Positions 46,201-64,000 of a stretch of DNA of 64,000 nt are shown piece after piece. Numbering within the stretch: the first letter of the stretch is position 1; the number at the start of each line of letters is the position of its first letter. The translations under genes were made by a program, and so were the position numbers. Source of the DNA: Macrostomum lignano (taxonomy: Eukaryota); contig NIVC01002226.1 of the NCBI GenBank assembly GCA_002269645.1, positions 32,705-96,704 of the forward strand, given 5' to 3'. Below the pieces are notes generated by a model that searched no databases, was not told where the DNA came from, and saw nothing but the letters and a program-made list of their open reading frames with translations.

Positions 46201-49200
46201 ACTGAGTCACTTCAACATCATTGAGACTGAGTCACTTCAACATCAGTGAGACTGAGTCACTTCAACATCATTGAGACTGAGTCACTTCAACATCCAGAGA
46301 GACTGAGTCACTTCAACATCATTGAGACTGAGTCACTTCAACATCAGTGAGACTGAGTCACTTCAACATCAGAGAGACTGAGTCACTTCAACATCATTGA
46401 GACTGAGTCACTTCAACATCAGTGAGACTGAGTCACTTCAACATCATTGAGACTGAGTCACTTCACATCAGAGACTGAGTCACTTCAACATCATTGAGAC
46501 TGAGTCACTTCAACATCAGTGAGACTGAGTCACTTCAACATCATTGAGACTGAGTCACTTCAACATCAGAGAGACTGAGTCACTTCAACATCATGAGACT
46601 GAGTCACTTCAACATCAGTGAGACTGAGTCACTTCGACATCCAGAGAGACTGAGTCACTTCAACATCATTGAGACTGAGTCACTTCAACATCAGTGAGAC
46701 TGAGTCACTTCGACATCCAGAGAGACTGAGTCACTTCAACATCATTGAGACTGAGTCACTTCAACATCAGTGAGACTGAGTCACTTCGACATCCAGAGAG
46801 ACTGAGTCACTTCAACATCATTGAGACTGAGTCACTTCAACATCAGTGAGACTGAGTCACTTCAACATCATGAGACTGAGTCACTTCAACATCAGAGAGA
46901 CTGAGTCACTTCAACATCATTGAGACTGAGTCACTTCAACATCAGTGAGACTGAGTCACTTCGACATCCAGAGAGACTGAGTCACTTCAACATCATTGAG
47001 ACTGAGTCACTTCAACATCAGTGAGACTGAGTCACTTCGACATCCAGAGAGACTGAGTCACTTCAACATCATTGAGACTGAGTCACTTCAACATCATTGA
47101 GACTGAGTCACTTCAACATCAGTGAGACTGAGTCACTTCAACATCAGTGAGACTGAGTCACTTCAACATCATTGAGACTGAGTCACTTCAACATCAGTGA
47201 GACTGAGTCACTTCAACATCAGAGAGACTGAGTCACTTCAACATCATTGAGACTGAGTCACTTCACATCCAGAGAGACTGAGTCACTTCAACATCAGTGA
47301 GACTGAGTCACTTCAACATCAGTGAGACTGAGTCACTTCGACATCCAGAGAGACTGAGTCACTTCAACATCAGTGAGACTGAGTCACTTCAACATCAGTG
47401 AGACTGAGTCACTTCGACATCCAGAGAGACTGAGTCACTTCAACATCAGAGAGACTGAGTCACTTCAACATCAGTGAGACTGAGTCACTTCGACATCCAG
47501 AGAGACTGAGTCACTTCAACATCATTGAGACTGAGTCACTTCAACATCAGTGAGACTGAGTCACTTCACATCAGAGAGACTGAGTCACTTCAACATCATT
47601 GAGACTGAGTCACTTCAACATCATGAGACTGAGTCACTTCAACATCAGTGAGACTGAGTCACTTCACATCATTGAGACTGAGTCACTTCAACATCAGTGA
47701 GACTGAGTCACTTCAACATCAGTGAGACTGAGTCACTTCGACATCCAGAGAGACTGAGTCACTTCAACATCAGAGAGACTGAGTCACTTCAACATCATTG
47801 AGACTGAGTCACTTCAACATCATTGAGACTGAGTCACTTCAACATCAGTGAGACTGAGTCACTTCAACATCATTGAGACTGAGTCACTTCAACATCATTG
47901 AGACTGAGTCACTTCAACATCAGTGAGACTGAGTCACTTCAACATCATTGAGACTGAGTCACTTCAACATCAGTGAGACTGAGTCACTTCGACATCCAGA
48001 GAGACTGAGTCACTTCAACATCATTGAGACTGAGTCACTTCAACATCATTGAGACTGAGTCACTTCGACATCCAGAGAGACTGAGTCACTTCAACATCAT
48101 TGAGACTGAGTCACTTCAACATCATTGAGACTGAGTCACTTCAACATCAGTGAGACTGAGTCACTTTAACATCAGTGAGACTGAGTCACTTCAACATCAT
48201 TGAGACTGAGTCACTTCAACATCCAGAGAGACTGAGTCACTTCAACATCAGTGAGACTGAGTCACTTCAACATCAGTGAGACTGAGTCACTTCGACATCC
48301 AGAGAGACTGAGTCACTTCAACATCATTGAGACTGAGTCACTTCAACATCAGTGAGACTGAGTCACTTCAACATCATTGAGACTGAGTCACTTCAACATC
48401 CAGAGAGACTGAGTCACTTCAACATCAGTGAGACTGAGTCACTTCAACATCAGTGAGACTGAGTCACTTCAACATCAGAGACTGAGTCACTTCAACATCA
48501 TTGAGACTGAGTCACTTCAACATCAGTGAGACTGAGTCACTTCAACATCATTGAGACTGAGTCACTTCGACATCCAGAGACTGAGTCACTTCAACATCAT
48601 TGAGACTGAGTCACTTCAACATCAGTGAGACTGAGTCACTTCAACATCATTGAGACTGAGTCACTTCAACATCCAGAGAGACTGAGTCACTTCAACATCA
48701 TTGAGACTGAGTCACTTCAACATCAGTGAGACTGAGTCACTTCGACATCCAGAGAGACTGAGTCACTTCAACATCATTGAGACTGAGTCACTTCAACATC
48801 AGTGAGACTGAGTCACTTCGACATCCAGAGAGACTGAGTCACTTCAACATCATTGAGACTGAGTCACTTCAACATCAGTGAGACTGAGTCACTTCGACAT
48901 CCAGAGAGACTGAGTCACTTCAACATCATTGAGACTGAGTCACTTCAACATCAGTGAGACTGAGTCACTTCAACATCATTGAGACTGAGTCACTTCAACA
49001 TCCAGAGAGACTGAGTCACTTCAACATCATTGAGACTGAGTCACTTCAACATCAGTGAGACTGAGTCACTTCGACATCCAGAGAGACTGAGTCACTTCAA
49101 CATCATTGAGACTGAGTCACTTCAACATCAGTGAGACTGAGTCACTTCGACATCCAGAGAGACTGAGTCACTTCAACATCATTGAGACTGAGTCACTTCA

Positions 49201-49390
49201 ACATCAGTGAGACTGAGTCACTTCGACATCAGTGAGACTGAGTCACTTCAACATCATTGAGACTCAGTCACTTCAACATCATTGAGACTGAGTCACTTCA
49301 ACATCATTGAGACTGAGGATCACTTAGGAATCCATTAGACTGAGTTGCTTCAACATCCATTGAGACTTGAGTCACTTAGACACCAATGAG
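34205..49390. repeat. ~15 kb satellite array, 25/26-bp monomer GAGACTGAGTCACTTC(A/G)ACATC(AGT/ATT/CAGA), roughly 600 copies
   Basis: Read directly from sequence; three main monomer variants are interspersed, and the array decays at about 49316-49390. Confidence 0.97.
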
Positions 49391-49909
49391 ACAGGGTAGT
49401 CTTGATCTGGGACAAAGGCACGCGTACTCCTATATCATATCCTTCCTGAATGAGGATAGAAGTGCACGCTCAGGTTTGTAGCGGTCCCGCGGTCTCATTT
49501 GATTATCGACAGGCAAAACTGCAATTAAATTATTCCAAATACTCAAGACTGCCATTTCGTCTACTCAAGATAACCTTGAGAATTGCAATTATTGAATCGA
49601 GAGCTGTGCAACGATCTCTCACGATGTCTTGGGGGGGGTGTCTAGAGAGCTGTTCCAGTTTTCTGAAGTTGCACTTGTGCGTAATATTATAATGAAATTT
49701 ATGAATGAATAAATCACTACCAATTCGTGCAAGCTTGCCATGACGCATGCTGCCGCGTCTCTGAATTAGATTTGTAACACGCGGGATATTCGTTCGTTGA
49801 GAAGTGCTTGCATGTACCACTGTCTTCAAAATTGATGGGAATACCACAGACCAATGACATTGATGGTCATTGCCGACTAGAACATCAATGTTTCTGGTTG
49901 TTGTCTGGT

Positions 49910-50225
49910 GGGAGTTTCCCGGTTGGATTTTCCCAATTGGGGTTTCCCGGTTGGGCTTTCCCGGTTGGGCTTTCCCGGTTGGGCTTTCCCGGTTGGGCTT
50001 TCCCGGTTGGGCTTTCCCGGTTGGGCTTTCCCGGTTGGGCTTTCCCGGTTGGGCTTTCCCGGTTGGGCTTTCCCGGTTGGGCTTTCCCGGTTGGGCTTTC
50101 CCGGTTGGGCTTTCCCGGTTGGGCTTTCCCGGTTGGGCTTTCCCGGTTGGGCTTTCCCAGTTGGGGTTTTCTGGTCGGGGTTTCCTGGTTGAAGTTTCCT
50201 GGTCGGGGGTTCCCGGTTGGGGTTT
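49910..50225. repeat. 14-bp repeat GGGCTTTCCCGGTT
   Basis: About 15-18 near-perfect copies with degenerate flanks. Confidence 0.92.
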
Positions 50226-50749
50226 TTTGGTTGAGGTTTCTCCGTTTTCAATCTCAGAAAAATTTAAAAAATTCTGTTTGTAAGTAAAAATCACATTGCT
50301 TTAGTAGTAATTTCATAAATTTATCAATTAGCAATAAATGTTTATTCAGTGTTCAATCAATCGCAAGTATGAGCATTAAATTATATACTGAAAGCCCAAC
50401 AGGTGAGTCTAGTTAGTTCTGAGACCTGACAAACCATACCTGCAAACAGTCGTTGAAGATTTACGATTCCTTCTAGGATCGCCGATATTTTTAACGCGTC
50501 GATTCTTCGACATGGATTGGTGTCGTTTGACTACAGTTGAAATTCGATCCCACGCATTTCGGATTGATGGCCATCTGTGCCCACCATTTTCAGCCGAAAA
50601 TAGCTCGACATTAATACACGTGTATGAAAATGCACTAAATGGCGCTGAGATGCCCAGCTGTGGCACAGGGCTACTCGATCTAACCCCGACCTCTACCCGA
50701 TCGTCTGAAGAGTCCAGACCAATACCGGAAATGTCAGCTTGTCTGCCTG

Positions 50750-50778
50750 CTGTCTGTCTGTTTGTCTGTCTCTCTGTG

Positions 50779-50809
<31 letters not shown>

Positions 50810-51400
50810 TTGTCTGTCTGTCTGTCTGTCTGTTTATCTGTTTGTATGCCTCAGCGCCCCAAACAGTGCCCCCATTGTGCCCCAACAGTGCCCCAACAGT
50901 GCCCCAACAGTGCCCCAACAGTGCCCCAACAGTGCCCCAAGAGTGCCCCAACAGTGCCCCAAGAGTGCCCCAAGAGTGCCCCAACAGTGCCCCAAGAGTG
51001 CCCCAAGAGTGCCCCAAGAGTGCCCCAAGAGTGCCCCAACAGTGCCCCAACAGTGCCCCAACAGTGCCCCAACAGTGCCCCAAGAGTGCCCCAACAGTGC
51101 CCCAAGAGTGCCCCAAGAGTGCCCCAAGAGTGCCCCAAGAGTGCCCCAAGAGTGCCCCAAGAGTGCCCCAAGAGTGCCCCAAGAGTGCCCCAACAGTGCC
51201 CCAACAGTGCCCCAACAGTGCCCCAAGAGTGCCCCAAGAGTGCCCCAACAGTGCCCCAAGAGTGCCCCAAGAGTGCCCCAACAGTGCCCCAAGAGTGCCC
51301 CAAGAGTGCCCCAAGAGTGCCCCAAGAGTGCCCCAAGAGTGCCCCAACAGTGCCCCCAACAGTGCCCCAACAGTGCCCCAACAGTGCCCCCAACAGCGCC
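50750..51400. repeat. Short (TCTG)n, then 11-bp GTGCCCCAA(C/G)A array upstream of the ILP promoter
   Basis: Direct reading. Confidence 0.92.
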
Positions 51401-51501
51401 CCAAATCATTTTTTATTCGCTGCCCTTCACCGGCAGAGAAGCGGCAGAGGCGGGTGGCAGACAGACAGCAGTTTCGATACATTTCCCCAGCTCTCTGCCC
51501 C

Positions 51502-51507
51502 TATAAA
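51502..51507 (+). promoter_or_regulatory. TATA box of the insulin-like peptide gene; 5'UTR exon ~51533-51573, intron 51574-51677
   Basis: CTATAAAG at 51501-51508; donor CCG|GTGAGC at 51574; acceptor TTTCTCTTCCAG at 51677, 19 nt before the ATG. Confidence 0.6.
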
Positions 51508-51696
51508 GCGCCGATGCCAGTTCTGGACGAGATGCGACACTGCAGCTCTGCTTTCTAATCCGTCACTAATCCGGTGAGCTATTCCCAAAATTAAAATTTA
51601 AATAATTGCCACTTTTCCTGATAATTCATTGAATCATTCATTCATTCATTCTAATTTCAACATAATTTCTCTTCCAGCCTCCTAGCAATCGACATC

Positions 51697-52254
51697 ATGA
51701 CTGGCTGTCAACTAATCACTGCTTCATCCGTAGTCCTATTCATTACCGTACTACTAGCAGTAGGCTGCGAGTCTGTGCCCGGGCCGCAGAGAGCTATCAT
51801 CTCTTCAAGCGGCGCCGATGTGTGCAATGGGGTGCCGATCCCGGCCAGCCAGCAGCGGCAGGGGGTCTGCGGCCGCCGCCTGTACTACCTGTGGGAGGGC
51901 GCCTGCTGCTGGTACTGCCGCGCGATGCGAGTTGTGAAGCACCGGCCGGATCTGCTGCCCCAGTTGAACTCTGGCGACTTCCGGCACTTCAACTTCACCG
52001 AGTGTCGAGTTGACCACATGCTGGTCAAGCGGGGGCAGCAGCAGCGGCAGCAGCAGCAGCGGCAGCAGCAGCAGCGGCAGCAGCGGGGGAATCACAAGCT
52101 CATCAGCGATGCCGAAGTGAAGAAGCTGCAGAGCATGGATCGGAGCCAGGTTTGGCGAATCCGGCCGACCAGAAGCGACATTGGCTGCGACTGCTGCGTG
52201 AGTTCTTGCAGCGTACAGCAGCTGTGGAACTATTGCTCCTGCGACATCTACTGA
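51697..52254 (+). CDS. Insulin-like/insulin-related peptide precursor (185 aa), single coding exon
   Basis: Hydrophobic signal peptide (~aa 1-26); B-chain CGRRLYYLWEGAC (C-x11-C); KR and RPTR processing sites; A-chain IGCDCCVSSCSVQQLWNYC (CC-x3-C-x8-C); AATAAA at 52370-52375. Confidence 0.9.
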   Translation: MTGCQLITASSVVLFITVLLAVGCESVPGPQRAIISSSGADVCNGVPIPASQQRQGVCGRRLYYLWEGACCWYCRAMRVVKHRPDLLPQLNSGDFRHFNFTECRVDHMLVKRGQQQRQQQQRQQQQRQQRGNHKLISDAEVKKLQSMDRSQVWRIRPTRSDIGCDCCVSSCSVQQLWNYCSCDIY

Positions 52255-52873
52255 CTGCGCAGCGTCTCCCTTCTCAGTTGCTGAAATATAGAAAATCATA
52301 AATGCGACTCAGCTGTTTATTTGTGCATGCAAGCTTAAAACGTACAGGAAATTCGAAACAATCAAATTTAATAAATCTTTTTAAAAAACCGGAAAAGTTT
52401 TGCCGAGATCCATCTCAAACGTTGGGAGTTCGTTTGAGCAAACTGCATTAAAAATAAGTCTTTCGGGTATTTTCTGAGTTCAATTACATGTATTGCGATC
52501 AAAGCCATGCAGGGACAGCTGAAGCCAAGGACAGCTAAAGTCCCCGTGGCGCCTGAAATAGCGATACTTCACCGCTCAAATGGCCACTTAAAAAAAGTTA
52601 TCTCTCTCTTTTTCGAAATTAAAATATCAAATTTTAACGACTACTTGCACGTAACTTACCATAAGTAGTCTACACAAGAAATTCTGTGAGAAATTTTTAT
52701 TACTAAATTTATTACTAAATTTTAAATAAAGTGCACACTTAAATCTACAAGGCTGTGTGTAGTAGAGTTTGAAATTCAAAGTAACTTAAGCCTCATCTAC
52801 CTACTGATTACAATTTTTTCAACTGCCGTAGAAAACAAAAACAACACGAAATTCTCCATAAGAACAATCAAAA

Positions 52874-59744
<6,871 letters not shown>

Positions 59745-59779
59745 GAAAACTCGATTGTCTGCTTTCAGTTAAGCGTCTG

Positions 59780-60312
59780 TCTCTGTCTGTCTGAGGGTCT
59801 GTCTGAGGGTCTGTCTCAGTGTCTGTCTCAGTGTCTGTCTGAGGGTCTGTCTGAAGGTCTGTCTCAGTGTCTGTCTCAGTGTCTGTCTGAGGGTCTGTCT
59901 GAGGGTCTGTCTCAGTGTCTGTCTCAGTGTCTGACTGAGGGTCTGTCTCAGTGTCTGTCTCAGTGTCTGTCTGAGGGTCTGTCTGAAGGTCTGTCTCAGT
60001 GTCTGTCTCAGTGTCTGTCTGAGGGTCTGTCTGAGGGTCTGTCTCAGTGTCTGTCTCAGTGTCTGTCTGAGGGTCTGTCTCAGTGTCTGTCTCAGTGTCT
60101 GTCTGAGGGTTTGTCTGAAGGTCTGTCTCAGTGTCTGTCTCAGTGTCTGTCTGAGGGTCTGTCTGAGGGTCTGTCTCAGTGTCTGTCTGAGGGTCTGTCT
60201 CAGTGTCTGTCTGAGGGTCCGTCTCAGTGTCCGTCTCAGTGTCTGTCTGAGGGTCTGTCTGAAGGTCTGTCTCAGTGTCTGTCTCAGTGTCTGTCTGAGG
60301 GTCCGTCTGTCT
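59780..60312. repeat. 12-bp CTCAGTGTCTGT/CTGAGGGTCTGT repeat upstream of the opsin ATG
   Basis: Direct reading. Confidence 0.92.
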
Positions 60313-61429
60313 GCCGCTAGAGATAGCAGTAATATTTGGCATAATGGCTCCTCTCTGATTGGCTGACCAGCCTGAAATTCGATCAGTTCTATAATCTCAC
60401 ATTGCTTTGTAACTTTCTAGGCTTCTCTATCAGTCATCTGGCTGTCATTCAAAAATAACATTTTACTGCAATACTCGTAGCTGGACGTAAAAAGATTAGA
60501 ATTAGTAAACGTCTGAAGATTATTTCCCGCCAGAGAGACGGTGTTGGTTAAAAAATCGTTTTTAATCTGATAATTTGGCATCCTTGAATGGAAGACTGCA
60601 GTTGAATCTTTCTCATCAGCAGCCTTCTGAAGCTTTGAGTCATCTAGATTTTCACGACTGACATTCGGGAAATCATCGCTAGTTTTTTAGATAAATTTTC
60701 TCCGCGACTGGCTTTTAAACGCAAGTCAAAGGGGGGCACGGATGCTGAGCAGAAGTACTGTAGGACACGAAAGGACATGTTAAATTAAGAATTTAAAAAA
60801 TGGAATTATTGGTTCCTCCTCCTGCTAATATTTGAATTGTCTATTGTACTAAATATTTTCACAACTGTTTTTCATTATGGGAAGAGTAGTTAAACTCATA
60901 TTTGTTTTTTCTGAGTACTATCTCGCAAGTAACATTGCATTTCATTAAGACGCTCGTAGCTTGCTTATTATACGCCTTGAAGTAGCGTAGCTAGGATATT
61001 GATGAGAGAAACATGAATGGAGACAATTTACTTGTAGATGCTTTCATAGAAAGGCTACTATTATTAGAACAGTTCTGCCAACTCAGCGTCATAGCCCCGC
61101 TGTAGCTCGTGTATAAAAAAACTGACTTTGAAATTAACTTAGGCAACTATAACACGAGACAGCAAATTGTGAGACAGGGTTGTAGCTCCCGTCCTCTGCG
61201 GCTTGTGTTGGATTTAGCTAGTTGATTCTATCAGACTGAGTGCGACCACTTGATTGATCGAGCATGCCACTTCGTTGGCTCTTTTCTCGGCTTCCCCCTT
61301 CATCACCCCTCCCCTCCATCTCATCACACTAATTTTTTATCCTATTACTTGATTTATTGCAAGTTAGAACATTTAAAGCATGTTACTGTATCACTGCCGC
61401 TCTTTTGTCACAGCTATTTATTGTGGAGA

Positions 61430-61805
61430 GTAGAGAGAGAAGATCTGAGAGAAGGGACGAGAGAGAAGATCTGAGAGAGGAAAGGAAGAAGAGATCTGAA
61501 AGAGGAGAGGAGAGAGAAGATCTGAGAGAGGAGAGGAGAGAGAAGATCTGAGAGAGGAGAGGAGAGGAGAGAGAAGATCTGAGAGAGGAGAGGAGAGGAG
61601 AGAGAAGATCTGAGAGAGGAGATGAGAGAGAGAAGATCTGAGAGAGGAGAGGAGAGAGAAAATCTGAGAGAGGAGAAGAGGAAGAGAAAAGATGGCAGAG
61701 AGGGGAGGAGAGGAGTAAAGATGGGAGAGAGGACAGGAGAGAGAAAAGGAGAAAAGATGGGAGAGAGGGTAGAAGAGGGAGAGGGAAGAGAAGAGAGGGA
61801 GGAGT
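61430..61805. repeat. Purine-rich GAGAG repeat with AGATCT interruptions
   Basis: Direct reading. Confidence 0.85.
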
Positions 61806-62399
61806 GGGGAGCATGATGCGCATGGCTGATAAGAGCCAGAGCCCCAAATAGTATAATAAAAACGGGGAGGCGAGCCCTAATCCGCTCAGTCGCGGCACTC
61901 AACTTCATCTCCTATCCAGCCTCCCACATCCTGCATCTTCATCGAAGCCTCGCATAACGCCCGAGCCAGAAGGAGAGGTGAACCAACGCTAACCAGTTTC
62001 CTCTCCCTCTCCATCTTGTTTGCGTCACTCAGAGCAGCGCTTTTCGGCGCCTAATGAAGCCTGCGCTGTGAGATTTATTCAGGGAAAAGGGAGAGCAGCG
62101 AGAGCTCGAGGAAGAGGGAGTGCGCCGTGGGAGCTGACGTCCCCAGTGGTCATGTCAGCTCTTCGCCCGCTTCTTCTCTTTGATCGAAGCAAGAGCACAG
62201 CTTCATCATATCCTTTGCAGAGCCCCATCGCTGGGACTCAGCAATAAGATGCAAAGTGGGCTTTTTAAGGGTCTATTGCGACTGCCAGCTGGGCCGCGTA
62301 GAAGCAGGTGGTACAGCATGGGGCATCAGGTGCGGAATTGATGAAAGAAAGACTGGAGACAAAAATGTAGCATTCTATTCCATAAGGAATGTACTGCTG

Positions 62400-64000
62400 G
62401 GGAGGAGAGGGGATTAGAGGAGAGGAGAGGAGAGGAGAGGAGGGGAGAGGAGAGGAGAGGAGAGGAGAGGAGAGGAGAGGAGAGGAGAGGAGAGGAGAGG
62501 AGAGGAGAGGAGAGGAGAGGAGAGGAGAGGAGAGAGAGGAGAGGAGAGGAGAGGAGAGGAGAGGAGAGGAGAGGAGAGAGAGGAGAGGAGAGGAGAGGAG
62601 GAGAGGGGAGGAGAGGAGAGAGGAGGAGTGGAGAGGAGAGGAGAGGAGAGGAGAGAGAGGAGAGAGAAGAAGGAGAGGAGAGAGGAGGAGAGGAGAGGGG
62701 AGGAGAGGAGGAGAGGAGAGGAGTGGAGAGCAAGGAGAGGAGAGGAGAGGAGAGGAGAGGAGAGGAGAAGAAAGGAGAGGAGAGAGGAGGAGAGGAGAGG
62801 AGAGGAGAGGAGGAGAGGAGAGGAGAGGAGAGGAGAGGAGAGGAGAGGAGAGGAGAGGAGAGGAGAGGAGAGGAGAGGAGAGAAGAGGAGAAGAAAGGAG
62901 AGGAGAGGAGAGGAGAAGAAAGGAGAGGAGAGAGGAGGAGAGGGGAGGAGAGGACAGAGGAGGAGAGGAGAGGAGAGGAGAGGAGAGGAGAGGAGAAGAA
63001 AGGAGAGGAGAGAGGAGGAGAGGAGAGGAGAGGAGAGGAGAGGAGTAGAGAGGAGAGGAGAGGAGAGGAGTGGAGAGGAGAAGAGAGGAGAGGAGAGGAG
63101 AGGAGAGGAGAGAGAGGAGGAGAGGGGAGGAGAGGAGAGAGGAGGAGAGGGGAGAGAGAGAGAGAGGAGGAGAGAGGAGAGGAGAGGAGAGGAGAGGAGA
63201 GGAGAGGAGAGGAGAGGAAAGAGAGGAGAGGAGAGGAGAGAGTGGAGAGGAGAAGAGAGGAGAGGAGAGGAGAGGAGAGGAGAGGAGAGAGGAGGAGAGG
63301 AGGAGAGAGAGAGAGGAGAGAGAGGAGAGGAGAGGAGAGGAGAGGAGAGGAGAAGAAAGGAGAGGAGAGGAGAGGAGAGGAGAGGAGAGGAGAGGAGAGG
63401 AGAAGAAAGGAGAGGAGAGAGGAGGAGAGGAGAGGGGAGGAGAGAGGAGGAGAGGAGAGGAGTGGAGAGGAGAGGAGAGGAGAGGAGAGGAGAGGAGAGG
63501 AGAGGAGAAGAAAGGAAGAGAGAGAGGAGGAGAGGAGAGGGAGAGGAGAGGAGAGAGGAGAGGAGTGGAGAGGAGAGGAGAGGAGAGGAGAGGAGAGGAG
63601 AGGAGAGGAGAGGAGAAGAGGAGAGGAGAGAGGAGGAGAGGAGAGGAGTGGAGAGGAGGAGAGAGGAGGAGAGGAGAGGAGAGGAGAGGAGAGGAGAAGG
63701 AGAGGAGAGGAGAGGAGAGGAGAGGAGAGGAGAGGAGAGGAGAGGAGAGAGAGGAGAGGAGGAGAGGGGAGGAGAGGAGAGAGGAGGAGTGGAGAGGAGA
63801 GGAGAGGAGAGGAGAGGAGAGGAGAGGAGAGGAGAAGAAAGGAGAGGAGAGAGGAGGAGAGGAGAGGAGTGGAGAGGAGAGGAGAGGAGAGGAGAGGAGA
63901 GGAGAGGAGGAGAGGAGAGGAGAGGAGAGGAGAGGAGTGGAGAGGAGAGGGAGAAGAAAGGGAGAGAGAGAGGGAGGAGAGAGGAGGAGAGGAAAGGAGA
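62400..64000. repeat. (GGAGA)n polypurine tract running off the window end
   Basis: Direct reading. Confidence 0.95.

Noticed and set aside
34205-49390. CRISPR-like array
   Set aside because: There are no unique spacers (head-to-tail monomers), no cas genes, and the context is eukaryotic.
49400-50730. ORFs at 49530-50294 (-) and 50409-51577 as genes
   Set aside because: They consist mainly of the 14-bp and 11-bp repeats. The unique portions show no recognisable domain or consistent splice structure.

Overview
Eukaryotic (animal) genomic DNA, not prokaryotic. The GC-rich exons with polyQ/polyA tracts and the introns packed with simple and minisatellite repeats look most like a free-living flatworm such as Macrostomum (inference from sequence style only). 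Four spliced genes were reconstructed by hand, all with in-phase GT-AG junctions. (1) The 3' half of UBR4/p600/pushover E3 ligase (+, 17 exons, 393-24577, about 2775 aa; the 5' half lies upstream of the window). (2) RNA 3'-terminal phosphate cyclase RTCA (+, 5 exons, 26712-33731, 386 aa). (3) A secreted insulin-like peptide with 12 instead of 6 mature cysteines (+, 51697-52254). (4) A divergent opsin (-, 4 exons, 59744-52874, 391 aa) that keeps the retinal-binding Lys296 but lacks both canonical counterions (Y113, V181) and has degenerate DRY and NPxxY motifs. A ~15 kb 25/26-bp satellite (34.2-49.4 kb) with an AP-1 consensus in every unit and kb-scale higher-order structure lies between RTCA and the insulin-like gene. 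RTCA intron 1 holds a hAT-type MITE with an 8-bp TSD and a nested element. 21 of 23 coding-region introns are filled with tandem repeats, many of them intron-specific. UBR4 introns are often flanked by direct repeats at AG|GT sites (up to 12 bp), which suggests recent intron gain and possible recursive splicing. Most long ORFs in the supplied track are translation artefacts of repeats.
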